Virus record (IMG/VR): IMGVR_UViG_3300048496_000015 | Reading direction: 5' to 3' (one strand) | Length of the DNA: 60,844 nucleotides | Source: a virus | Taxonomy: Duplodnaviria > Heunggongvirae > Uroviricota > Caudoviricetes | Part shown: piece after piece, positions 49,700 to 59,428 of the stretch | How the letters are laid out: the number at the start of each line of letters is the position of its first letter | Position numbering within the stretch: the stretch's first letter is position 1 | Program-made: the position numbers and the translations under genes | Notes under the pieces: model-generated | Told to the model about the DNA's origin: nothing | Databases searched by the model: none | What the model saw: only the letters and a program-made list of their open reading frames with translations

Positions 49700-49861
49700 T
49701 TAGTTTCTAGAGGTATTTTTGCGATTTTGTTTACGTAGTTCCTTCTTGATCTCATATCCCAATAGGGTTAGAAGGGATCCCACAACCATCCCGATAAGCC
49801 CCCACATTACGGCCAGCTTCGTCATCATCTCAGACGAGATGACATCCATGTTTGGATCCAT
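49700..49861 (-). CDS. 53-aa single-pass membrane protein
   Basis: Hand translation MDPNMDVISSEMMTKLAVMWGLIGMVVGSLLTLLGYEIKKELRK... Confidence 0.6.
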   Translation of the reverse strand: MDPNMDVISSEMMTKLAVMWGLIGMVVGSLLTLLGYEIKKELRKQNRKNTSRN

Positions 49862-51314
49862 TATCTCACCACCTTAGCATAGACAGGATACATACGTTGA
49901 TTAGGCTTGGTTCCCCGAGTTATTGTTTTAAAAGCTGAAGTTTTTAATATCAAATCACCAGTGTAACTGCCTTTCCCGTTTTTAATAGCAGTTATAATAT
50001 CAGGGGTCAATGTCACGACTTTTATTACTTCTTGTGTATCAATAACCTTGGAGAACAAGTCACGTATCATGCCTGGACCAGCCATCTTATTCAACGAGGT
50101 ACGCATATCCACGAGACGCAACTTCCTCTTCTGTTTGACGATATAAAACAAACCTTGAGGAATCTTGGCAGCGGCCATCAATGATAAAAATTTCTGGTTA
50201 TGTTTCTCTAGAAATTCTTTTCCCATCCGTGCTTGTGGTCCCCTACTATTGACTGGATCCACTCTATTACCGTTAAAATCCGCCATTTGGACATAAACGT
50301 ATCCCTCATGGCGGTATAAGAGAACTGTCAATCCGTTGATTGGATAAGCTTTTATAATATAAACGAATTGATCAGCAATTTCGGGTATGTCTTTCAGATC
50401 CAATATCTCTGGATATGGAATAATAGAGGGTATCTTAGATACATCCCAAGTTTCAGCATCTTGCATCATTATATGAACCAGGTTGGAAGATTTCCATCTG
50501 TGTTCTGGATGGCGGCGTATGTCCCTCTCTTACCTGCAGCGGCATGAATTTTAGATATTGGGATAGTTACAGTGCCTTTAGCAATTTGAGCTTCATCTAG
50601 CTGAAGAAGCAAGAAGGGAAGCCCCGATTTCACAATCGATAATTCTTCATCGCGGATCCCATTAACAATACCGAACCAATGAGTCATTAACCCATGCCAG
50701 ATAACGATATCTCCAAGCTGTGGCTTCCACGCTGCGATCGATTTATATTGTGCTAGATTAAGCGTGCTTTGTTTCATAACCATCCTAATAATTTTAGGGC
50801 CGTGGCAACTATCACGCCTTGTGGCACAACAACCTTACACCACCATTTGAAATACAACCTCTCTCCAGTGACACGCCCAAACAACAGAGCTAGCCAGTAG
50901 AAGACTGCCGCAAGCGCCGAACCAACTACTAGGACTTCAATCGCTGGCTTTATCAGGTCCATGAGTTTGTTTTAGTTTCTGAGAATATGGGTCGAATTCG
51001 TACTGGCCTTCTGGTAGTTTCCAAGTAACCTTTAGACCATCGCGCTTCCCATCGAGTCGCTTAGTGATCAATGTGTCTACCCATAGATAGTGACCACCTA
51101 CATTAGGACGAGCGGGGAGAAAGCCACCATAACTTGACTGATCTCCCGTAGGGGCCTTACTGTATTCAGCCTGGCGTTTAGCAACGTCTAATCCTTCTAT
51201 GAGAAGCTTTTTAATGGTTGTTTCTTTGGTGAAGGGTTCAATAGCTTGCACTAATTGTTCATAATTAGTTACTGTTACCTTCTGAAGCTCCTGCATCTCC
51301 TTTTTCTTGTTCAT
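49861..51314 (-). CDS. Four hypothetical proteins (49861-50469, 50469-50783, 50774-50962 two-TM, 50937-51314)
   Basis: Coupled ORFs. Confidence 0.65.
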
Positions 51315-51720
51315 TATTACCTCCAGGTTTATGTATCACGAAAGTCCATGGATGACGACTTAACCATCTAGCCATTAATTCATGGAACCAATTTGCGAAT
51401 CTATGTGCACAAAATGCTTTAATAATTAGATCTATCCACCATATTGTAAAATCTCCTGGTAGGACAAATGCGAATGCGATTGCTGGCCAAACAGAGAAAC
51501 AATATCCACAATGGAATAATTCTCCAATTTTAGAATACCATTTTTCATTCTCACTACCATATCCTGTCTTTCTACTAATCCAATCCCGAAATCCAAAGAA
51601 TAGACTAGAAGATGTTATAATCTCCGTGATAGCCTCAATACAAACGACAACAAGCGTCCAGACAATTACTGCTTTAAGGAACGCGAAGATTGGCAGGATT
51701 ATTTGAATGTATTCCGACAT
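51265..51720 (-). CDS. Membrane protein, DUF1360-like
   Basis: TM helices plus 'LFHCGYCFSVW'. Confidence 0.65.
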   Translation of the reverse strand: MSEYIQIILPIFAFLKAVIVWTLVVVCIEAITEIITSSSLFFGFRDWISRKTGYGSENEKWYSKIGELFHCGYCFSVWPAIAFAFVLPGDFTIWWIDLIIKAFCAHRFANWFHELMARWLSRHPWTFVIHKPGGNNEQEKGDAGASEGNSN

Positions 51721-51878
51721 GACCTATTTATACAAACGTTTAATAAGTCATTTGTTCGAGATTTAATATTATATTTATAGCTACGACGACTAGGATAACT
51801 GCATTTTGGACATACCTTAGAGGCCTTCTGGGCGTGTAATTTTGGTTGTTTCTTTCCACAGCCGCCGCATGGCATATC

Positions 51879-52295
51879 TTATCTTTCCCATACTACAATT
51901 AACCTATCAGTGGCTTCTTTAAATGTTTCTGCCCGTTCTCTTTTCGGCTTCTGTAGCATCAACCACTCCCACTTATCTGAATGATGGGCTATTAGCCATC
52001 TATAAAAGACTATTGATCCTCTATGGGCTGATACTTCGAAACTGTATTTGTGATGCCGTGCACAGAGTAGAATCCCATTCTCTATAATATGACGATGCGA
52101 ATACATCTCCCTAGGGATTAAATGGTGGGCCTGAGTAATCTCAGTTGTGCCACAATAGGCGCACTTGCCGTCCCATGTCCTAGCAACAAGTTTTCGCCAC
52201 AGGTAATCTGCTTTGTTTCGCCACAACCTTGAATTTGGATCCTCACGCCGTTTCTGTAGAGAGCTCTTCTTTTTCCTCTTTTTACGACGCTTCAC
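51879..52295 (-). CDS. HNH / NinG-like nuclease
   Basis: 'CAYCG...QAHHLIPR...NGILLCARHH'. Confidence 0.8.
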   Translation of the reverse strand: MKRRKKRKKKSSLQKRREDPNSRLWRNKADYLWRKLVARTWDGKCAYCGTTEITQAHHLIPREMYSHRHIIENGILLCARHHKYSFEVSAHRGSIVFYRWLIAHHSDKWEWLMLQKPKRERAETFKEATDRLIVVWER

Positions 52296-52555
52296 AAAGC
52301 TTTCTTGAGTAATTTAACAACAATACCAGCATATGAGCTAATATTCTTGATTATCTGCTTCTTCTTATTGTTTTCGGATGTAGCACCTTTAACGACGCTC
52401 ATAAGCTTGGCAAGTTGCTCTTTGTCTACCTTGGTAGGGAACAATTTGCGCAATTCATCATCAGTTAGACGAACAAGAGATGAGATTTTAGTGTCCAACT
52501 CAGCATTGGTCATCTCTTCAGCTTTATCTAGAATATCATCAAAAGGGTCACTCAT
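52292..52555 (-). CDS. Small helical hypothetical protein
   Basis: 87 aa, coupled. Confidence 0.65.
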   Translation of the reverse strand: MSDPFDDILDKAEEMTNAELDTKISSLVRLTDDELRKLFPTKVDKEQLAKLMSVVKGATSENNKKKQIIKNISSYAGIVVKLLKKAL

Positions 52556-53160
52556 TATCCACCTATTAATTTTCCAATTGCTGCACCCAACATGTCTTCA
52601 ACTTTTTCAGAACTCTTTAGGAGTTTTGTTTCTATCTCTAGTGCCTTGGCGCGAACTTCAGTCCCAAATACATCTAAGAGTTCATTTCTAGCTTCCCCTA
52701 GACCGGCTGCTGAACTGAGTAAACTAGTAATACTAGCATTTACCTCAATCATCGTAGAATAATAATCTTCTAAAGAGCGCAATAACGATTGTCTATCGCT
52801 ACGAACAGCGTTGATCCATTTCTGCCTATTCTTTAAAATCCGCATTATTGTCTTGTCATACTGCTCTGGTGTTAATTCAATAAAGTCTGGGTCTCTCTCT
52901 TTTAAAAGTTTTCGCACGTTAGCTAAGAAAGCTTCTTTGTATTCTCCGAGCGCGAATTCATCAATATTCTTTTCTACCAGATCAAAATGACGGTTAACCA
53001 AATTGATGTGGCTAGTCCGTGCACCGGTTACCATCTCTCCCAAAGCTGTAGACAGAGGGACAGATTCAGTAGGGATATAGATGCAGCTCACCATAGCCGC
53101 CATTAAGACAACTATGGTGAGCTTACTCAGTCTTTTAATCAATCCTGACATTACTCGCAA
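52555..53160 (-). CDS. Putative lipoprotein (helical)
   Basis: Signal with lipobox-like 'AAMVSC'. Confidence 0.6.
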   Translation of the reverse strand: MRVMSGLIKRLSKLTIVVLMAAMVSCIYIPTESVPLSTALGEMVTGARTSHINLVNRHFDLVEKNIDEFALGEYKEAFLANVRKLLKERDPDFIELTPEQYDKTIMRILKNRQKWINAVRSDRQSLLRSLEDYYSTMIEVNASITSLLSSAAGLGEARNELLDVFGTEVRAKALEIETKLLKSSEKVEDMLGAAIGKLIGG

Positions 53161-53801
53161 TCACAAACGTCGCACTCGCACACGTCGCAACCGCAATTGG
53201 ATGGCCACCTGATAACTGCTGGACACTTACAACTACCCTCGTTCTCTTCACACTTGCAGTTGACACATGGACATGACTTGAAGTTGAACTTAAACTCCTG
53301 AGGCCCATCTGGACCAGCTTCCTCTTCAGGAGCGATGGCAGCAGCCATACCATCTCTTAGACCCTTAAAGAAAGCGATCAAGGCCTTATGAGCACGCTCG
53401 CTCAACTTATCTGTTGGATTGTCTGGCATCTCGATGTGATGCGAAGCCACATTGACCGCCAACTGGATAGCTGAGGCGACATCGGGTTCAATTCTCTCAG
53501 ATAGGTAGGCGAGAGCCGTATCGACCGTACTCCGAAGAACTTCACCTACTTCAGCTCCTTCAAACACAGGAAGGATAGTGTCATTGACGACCTCAATGGC
53601 AGTCTGAGTATAGTTTACGTAGTCTTCTTCCTTCTCGGGGTTCTCTTTGATGAGATACCGAATACCTTGATTTGCAGCATGATATGCGCCCTTCTCGACG
53701 TATTCAGCTAGTTCCTCATCATCGAACCTTTCCAGAAGCTTGCAGCCAGAAAGACCAGAAAAAGCCAAACCGACTAGCGCAGCGAACGCGATTAACTTCA
53801 T
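53151..53801 (-). CDS. Putative lipoprotein with Cys-rich metallothionein-like tail
   Basis: Lipobox 'LSGC'; 12 Cys as six CxC pairs in the last about 40 aa. Confidence 0.7.
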   Translation of the reverse strand: MKLIAFAALVGLAFSGLSGCKLLERFDDEELAEYVEKGAYHAANQGIRYLIKENPEKEEDYVNYTQTAIEVVNDTILPVFEGAEVGEVLRSTVDTALAYLSERIEPDVASAIQLAVNVASHHIEMPDNPTDKLSERAHKALIAFFKGLRDGMAAAIAPEEEAGPDGPQEFKFNFKSCPCVNCKCEENEGSCKCPAVIRWPSNCGCDVCECDVCDCE

Positions 53802-53825
53802 GATTCCTCCAATTATTTATGTTAT

Positions 53826-54716
53826 TTACTGTAAATTTTTAAATGGCAACAGTAGATTACCAGTATCAGCCATTAATCCGCGCAGTTTATATTCTTGTGA
53901 CATAATACCTATTTTATCTAAGTTATAATTAACAGATGAAACTTGCTTCTTCTCAATATAATTGATATTATCATTTAATTGAGGAGATAAGCTTAAATCT
54001 ATCAATTGGCGATTACGTTCAAATAATGTATTTCCAACATGAGATTGATGTCCATTTTCAGAAACGAGTGCTTTTTCAGAATTTAGGAACTCATGTCTAG
54101 CTCGTAGATCATCAATTAACGGCTTAACACGTGCTTTACCAATTTGATAATATCCCGGAATATTATCTGAGGCGTCTCCAGTAAATGCCTTAACAAGGAC
54201 GGGGTCGCGCTCAGGTTTTTCTACTAAATCTCTCGTAAATGGATTGAACAATTTAACATGATTAAATCTATATAATAACTGTTTAAAATCTCCATCACTC
54301 GATATAACAAGTTGCTCATCTCTAGGGTTATTATAAGCAAATGCATAAATTAAGTCATCAGCTTCCTGACCATCACGAAAATATTGTCTAACATTTAAGT
54401 TCTGTAATACCTTAATCGATACTTTCATCTGTCGAACAAGCTCAGACTTCACATCAAGACCAACGCGTTCTTTATACATATCAGCCCGCTGGTCTTTGTA
54501 TGCTGGAAATACTTGTTTACGCCATAGAGTAGCAGATGGTGCATCCCAGAAAATATGGACAGAATTAGGTCTGAATTTGTTTATATAACTTGATATGAAT
54601 CTCAGAAATATTACAAAATAATCATGACCTGATTGTCTGAAACGCTCATCAGCATGACCTGCGAACATACTTCGATAGATGTTATTCTTGCCATCTATCA
54701 GCATGTGCTTAATCAT
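53826..54716 (-). CDS. 5'-3' exonuclease / T4 RNase H-like flap endonuclease
   Basis: 'LIDGKN', 'FWDA', 'EADDLI', 'SSDGDFKQL', 'GDASDNIPG'. Confidence 0.92.
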   Translation of the reverse strand: MIKHMLIDGKNNIYRSMFAGHADERFRQSGHDYFVIFLRFISSYINKFRPNSVHIFWDAPSATLWRKQVFPAYKDQRADMYKERVGLDVKSELVRQMKVSIKVLQNLNVRQYFRDGQEADDLIYAFAYNNPRDEQLVISSDGDFKQLLYRFNHVKLFNPFTRDLVEKPERDPVLVKAFTGDASDNIPGYYQIGKARVKPLIDDLRARHEFLNSEKALVSENGHQSHVGNTLFERNRQLIDLSLSPQLNDNINYIEKKQVSSVNYNLDKIGIMSQEYKLRGLMADTGNLLLPFKNLQ

Positions 54717-54731
54717 AGTCTATTTATGCTT

Positions 54732-54763
54732 GTGGCCGGGTGCCGTCCTCAACACCCGGCCAC
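54732..54763 (-). terminator. Hairpin downstream of the SSB gene
   Basis: gtggccgggtg-N10-cacccggccac, 11-bp perfect stem. Confidence 0.6.
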
Positions 54764-54780
54764 TAGCAACTACTCTTCAG

Positions 54781-55836
54781 TTACTTAGTCGACTTGATGT
54801 CGTTAAGCAACTTCTCCAGTTCATCGTCGTTGGGATCCTCAACGGCCGCCTCTGCTGGAGCCGGGGTCGACTTGGTCGCCGCCGGTACCGCCTTCTTAAC
54901 CGCCGTGGCACTAACGGCAGTTTTAGGGGCGGGTTCTGCTGGCTCCTCGATCAGCTTATCCTCTGACTCTACTGGAGTAGAGGCCGGAGTTTGAGCTGGA
55001 GCGGGAGCTGGCTTAGCTTTCTGAGTGGGCTGACGTTCAGGTTCACCACTCATGACTTCTTTTACCTTCTGAGCCAACACCTTAGCATCGCGACCTGCGA
55101 ACTTGGTGAAGACATCATGACGCAATGAGAGGATCTTCTCGATTGCCGCCGTGTTTGGCTTTCCATCCTTACCCTTGACCAATGGGCCGAGAGTGTTGGG
55201 GAGGAATTTGGAGCCCTGTTTGTACTCATTGAATTCACCCTGGCGGTGAACTTCGAGCTGGAAGACGTAGCAGTTCTCAGGGTCGTAGAAAAGACCATAA
55301 GCCTGCGGATCATCCGGATCGTTGGAAACATCCCGCATGATGGTGGCTTCCATGATGTCAAAGACCGTCTTTGGCATCGAGTAAAACATGACCTTATTGC
55401 GTAGCTCGGTTGGGGTGCTCTCGAACGGTGGGAACCAAATGTTCACCACGTACGTGACGCGGGGCAGGTACGTCTTAGCGATGTTCCTGCGAGCCGTGTC
55501 GTCGTCAGTTTCGTTGAGCAAATCAAATCCAAGCTGACAATATGGACAATCATTGCCGTCATGAATGCGTGGGCACTCAAATGGCCGATTATTGATCCAG
55601 TGCGTACCTGCGGGGGTGAACCAGAGACTCATAGAGTTGCTGACCTTACCACCAACGCACGTGTCGCCCTTCTGGATACCGGGCAGGACGACGAACTTGT
55701 ACTTCAAGATCTCGTCCGGCTTAACCTGTGGCGGCCGGAATTCCATTGGATCGCGCTGCCGTCCACCCTTCTTCTCTCTCATTCTCTTGCGAACTTCTGC
55801 CAGTGCTTCATCCCGATTCATCATTTCATTCCTCAT
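54781..55836 (-). CDS. ssDNA-binding protein, T4 gp32-like
   Basis: 'THW...FECP..HDGNDCPYC', 'YVVNI', 'FYDP...F', acidic C-terminal tail. Confidence 0.85.
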   Translation of the reverse strand: MRNEMMNRDEALAEVRKRMREKKGGRQRDPMEFRPPQVKPDEILKYKFVVLPGIQKGDTCVGGKVSNSMSLWFTPAGTHWINNRPFECPRIHDGNDCPYCQLGFDLLNETDDDTARRNIAKTYLPRVTYVVNIWFPPFESTPTELRNKVMFYSMPKTVFDIMEATIMRDVSNDPDDPQAYGLFYDPENCYVFQLEVHRQGEFNEYKQGSKFLPNTLGPLVKGKDGKPNTAAIEKILSLRHDVFTKFAGRDAKVLAQKVKEVMSGEPERQPTQKAKPAPAPAQTPASTPVESEDKLIEEPAEPAPKTAVSATAVKKAVPAATKSTPAPAEAAVEDPNDDELEKLLNDIKSTK

Positions 55837-55855
55837 AAATTAAAAGGTTCATTAG

Positions 55856-56335
55856 TTACGGATTACGTTGTTCTTGTCTTTTAAATCCTGCTAGGCTTCT
55901 TAAATGCTCTGATTTCATTCTTACAGCATCAACAATCGCAAACAGCTTACTTAGCGTCTTGTTGGCGATTATCAATTTCGCCTCTAATTTGTTCAAATCA
56001 TCATCAGTTTCTATTAAATCCTCCACATCGCTTCCACGTAATTTAACTCCCTGTTCTCTTGCTTCCTGTAGCAGGTGCTTTGTTACTTCTCCTTTGCGCC
56101 GCTTGATCATTCGCTCTAATGTTGCTGATTGTTTCTTACCCTCAGCTAGAAGCGAACTCCAGAAAGCAAATAATGCAGGGGTCTCATCAAGCTGCTCTTC
56201 AAGGTTTTCATAGTCGATTATAACATCGGGTTGGAAATCCCGCTCAACTATCCGACCATCAACCTCTACTCGGAGTTTGAATAGCGTACGGGCTACGTCT
56301 TCTCCGATATCAGCTTTTTCAAACCAATTGCTCAT
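55856..56335 (-). CDS. UvsY-like recombination mediator
   Basis: 'IDYENLEEQLDETPALFAFW', helical; typical position next to gp32. Confidence 0.65.
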   Translation of the reverse strand: MSNWFEKADIGEDVARTLFKLRVEVDGRIVERDFQPDVIIDYENLEEQLDETPALFAFWSSLLAEGKKQSATLERMIKRRKGEVTKHLLQEAREQGVKLRGSDVEDLIETDDDLNKLEAKLIIANKTLSKLFAIVDAVRMKSEHLRSLAGFKRQEQRNP

Positions 56336-56597
56336 GTTTCATCTCAGTGAACTGCCATCCACCATTAAATTGCTTAGCAAAATAAGGGACTGTTTTGTCT
56401 CCCTCAACCGAAAGATGTAACACCTTCTCATTGTCCATAATATCAAGATGCCTGAAGATATTATTAATAGACAATGGATCGGTCACCGATTTGATCCAGT
56501 CGCTTCGACGTGATTCGAGCTCTAAAATGTTTAGCCAGACCATCCCTTTGCTATCCTTCATCCCCGGAACTCCTTGAAGGGCCGCCAGGCTCTCCAA
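56319..56597 (-). CDS. Hypothetical protein
   Basis: 92 aa, within the replication operon. Confidence 0.55.
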   Translation of the reverse strand: MESLAALQGVPGMKDSKGMVWLNILELESRRSDWIKSVTDPLSINNIFRHLDIMDNEKVLHLSVEGDKTVPYFAKQFNGGWQFTEMKHEQLV

Positions 56598-57703
56598 CGG
56601 TTCCCTATACTTACTCGTAGAGGGAACATCGGATTGGTTCCCACAATATTATTAAGTGGGTGGAGCATGACATCTTTTATCTCTTTAATAACATCTCTAA
56701 CCATATCTTCCGAGCAACATAATACAACTGAATCATATAGTTCCGTCAATATACATTCCGGAACACGCTCGTGCAATTGGACCAATACATTTTGCATCGC
56801 GTGTGCAACGCTGCCTTGAATGGCAGCATTGAAGACAGACCTCTGAGTACGCTCATTGCCATCCAGGTAAAATCGCCGTCCTAACATAGATGTAAGGTAT
56901 TGTTGATGTTCCAATTGGTTGCACAATTCTGCAGTCCAATCTCTCAATTTTGGATAGATCTCTAACCTATTATTGGGGTCTAGTGAGTAAATGCTCTGGA
57001 ATAAGGTACGTTTAGACTCATCGCGAGTGATTCCTAACCGTTTGGCGAGATACTTGTATGGGTCGGAGTCTTGGAAGGTCCCCTGCATTTCCTCATCGCC
57101 AGATAACAATGATACTACCCTCATATCAGCCGATATCCAATCGCCGCAGATAAACATGTTATAATCCTGACGAATTGCAGATATTTGCTGTTTGTCTCCC
57201 ATCCCCTGGATACTAAATCCGAGCGTTTTAGATCTACCAGAGAATGTATTGATATCGTAGACTGGATGAACAATTGATGGTCCTATCATCACACCGCGTC
57301 TTTCTAATTCTTCATAAACCAACGCGGCATCTGCGGCTAGACTCATCCACTTCATCGCTCCACATTGCTTAGTTTCGGCCAGGCGACGGGCAAGTGCTTT
57401 CTTTAATTGCGTCGATTCGCGAGGCCACATTGCATCACGTTCGGGGATATTGTACACCGAATAATTGATGTCTAACGGTAGGTCGAATGCTTCTATATGA
57501 GACTTGAAATCATTTACTATGACGTCATCTTTAAAGAGTGATGCGATATAACTTTCGTTCTGTTTTACATCCTGCAATTGCATACCAGTTCCAGGCATAT
57601 AGAGATGTACAAAGTCTAATTTATTGGTGGCATCATCATGGACTAGAGACGCCAGTGGTTTAGATCTGCCGAGCTTATCAAAAGCTGTTTGTATATACCG
57701 CAC
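56558..57703 (-). CDS. Family A DNA polymerase, polymerase domain only (divergent)
   Basis: 'FSGRS', motif A 'GDWISADMR', motif B 'RDESKRTLFQSIY', 'FNAAIQGS', motif C 'ELYDSVV'. Confidence 0.85.
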   Translation of the reverse strand: MRYIQTAFDKLGRSKPLASLVHDDATNKLDFVHLYMPGTGMQLQDVKQNESYIASLFKDDVIVNDFKSHIEAFDLPLDINYSVYNIPERDAMWPRESTQLKKALARRLAETKQCGAMKWMSLAADAALVYEELERRGVMIGPSIVHPVYDINTFSGRSKTLGFSIQGMGDKQQISAIRQDYNMFICGDWISADMRVVSLLSGDEEMQGTFQDSDPYKYLAKRLGITRDESKRTLFQSIYSLDPNNRLEIYPKLRDWTAELCNQLEHQQYLTSMLGRRFYLDGNERTQRSVFNAAIQGSVAHAMQNVLVQLHERVPECILTELYDSVVLCCSEDMVRDVIKEIKDVMLHPLNNIVGTNPMFPLRVSIGNRWRAWRPFKEFRG

Positions 57704-58071
57704 TATTTCCTTGGGGTTTTCTTCTTACGAAGAGTCGATTTCAATTCATCAACTTCACCAGGCTGCCTCATATGCGCATATGGATCATTGCCACTTTCTA
57801 ATGTGCGTATGTCCATCTGGCGCTGGGCATCAGCCCTATTCAGATAACAATTACCTTTAATATAAAATTGTTGATCATAGCCATATAATGTCTGGGTAGC
57901 CCTAGTTCCACATACAGGGCATGCAATTTCAGGTTCTTCATGCATGCCATGCCGCTCTGTCCAAACTAGTATATCGTCCGGATGTTCTTCAAGAGCTATT
58001 TTATCACGTTGCTCATCGGTGAGCTGTGATGCTGTGCATTCTTGACTACACGTATAATTATAAAATGGCAT
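57703..58071 (-). CDS. FmdB-like zinc-ribbon protein
   Basis: 'MPFYNYTC...ACPVCG'. Confidence 0.75.
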   Translation of the reverse strand: MPFYNYTCSQECTASQLTDEQRDKIALEEHPDDILVWTERHGMHEEPEIACPVCGTRATQTLYGYDQQFYIKGNCYLNRADAQRQMDIRTLESGNDPYAHMRQPGEVDELKSTLRKKKTPRK

Positions 58072-59411
58072 TATACTCCAAGTCCTGATTTAACACGCAT
58101 GTTCTCATAATTGATGTATGCATGAATCAGCTTCTCATCTGGGCCATTACGATTTTTAGCTATCCAAAAGCGCAATTTTGGGGTCTTGGAGTTCCGCTCT
58201 TCATGTGTCTGGTTGAGCGTGACGCAATAATCAATTGACATCATCTTTTTGAGCGATTCAGATGTCTTATTGATACCTATCAGTTCACCACCATTAGCTG
58301 CTTCTTTCCCTTGGCTATTCAACCCTTCACGGTTAGTTTGTGTAGCTGTAATAACTAACGCATCCTCGTTGACTGCTAATGCTCGTATTTCTTCAGCTAC
58401 GCAACCTTGGCGGAGGTAGTTATCTCTATTATTAAAGGGGCTCCTAGAGATCATCAATTCGAGGTAGTCGATTATGATGACATCAGGCTTCCAATTTTTG
58501 GTTCGCTTCAAGACATCAACTAGCTGATGAATGGTATCAGTAGTGATCTCACCCGGTGCGAATCTAGCGATAATCAGATCGCCCTTAGGGTGAGAGGCTT
58601 GAATTTTCTTTAATCTTTGTTCAATGACATCGCGCTTACTCAATCTGGTACCAATATTCTCTTCAGTGAAGGTACCCATATAGCGCTGCATTGTTATTTC
58701 GGTGGAGTTTTCTAGCGTCACATGCAACACTTTCAGATTTCTCTCTACACACATACGCCCCGAGTTAACCAGCATAATACTCTTACCTCTGCCGGTCGGA
58801 GCCATCCACACAAACACCTCGCCCCTGGAGGGTCCACCATGATTGATGTGGATATCCAGTTCAGGGAATCCGCACGTCAATTTCTGTGCACCTTCACCTT
58901 TCCACAATAAGTGGAGATTATCGAAGAATCTAGTACCAGAGTTGGTTACATCAGTGATCCGTTGGGCTTGTGCGTGGATCTTATCCAGTTCTTCGTAATC
59001 CTCATTCTCTAGGGCTTCGTGAGCCTCAGAGGTGTACATGAGCCTATATGCTTGCTTTCGGGTCCAATTTAGAAGCTCATCCTTGATTACGGGAACTTCT
59101 CGGTAATCCGTCTTTCGAGTGATTGCTTCAATGACTGGTTCGTAATCATCATCAACCGTGAGGTTTCTACGAGCAATATCTAGAACTAACTCGCGAGTTG
59201 GGACACAACCATGTTTATCAAAACACTGTTTGATGATTGTGAACACGTACCGATGATGATCTTTCTTAAAATGCTTTGGTATCATATGCCGAGCTACTTG
59301 GGTAAAGAACTCAGGCATATCAAGCGCTAAGGAAAGGATAGCTTTTTCTTGATGGGGACCGAAGGGCTGTTCTTGAGTGGTAGGTTCCAGCTTATCGTTA
59401 TCGTTCTTCAC
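58071..59411 (-). CDS. Replicative DNA helicase, DnaB / T4 gp41-like
   Basis: Walker A 'APTGRGKS', 'IIIDYLELM', 'TATQTNREG', 'KNRNG'. Confidence 0.93.
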   Translation of the reverse strand: MKNDNDKLEPTTQEQPFGPHQEKAILSLALDMPEFFTQVARHMIPKHFKKDHHRYVFTIIKQCFDKHGCVPTRELVLDIARRNLTVDDDYEPVIEAITRKTDYREVPVIKDELLNWTRKQAYRLMYTSEAHEALENEDYEELDKIHAQAQRITDVTNSGTRFFDNLHLLWKGEGAQKLTCGFPELDIHINHGGPSRGEVFVWMAPTGRGKSIMLVNSGRMCVERNLKVLHVTLENSTEITMQRYMGTFTEENIGTRLSKRDVIEQRLKKIQASHPKGDLIIARFAPGEITTDTIHQLVDVLKRTKNWKPDVIIIDYLELMISRSPFNNRDNYLRQGCVAEEIRALAVNEDALVITATQTNREGLNSQGKEAANGGELIGINKTSESLKKMMSIDYCVTLNQTHEERNSKTPKLRFWIAKNRNGPDEKLIHAYINYENMRVKSGLGV

Positions 59412-59428
59412 AAACCTAGCTACGCTGC

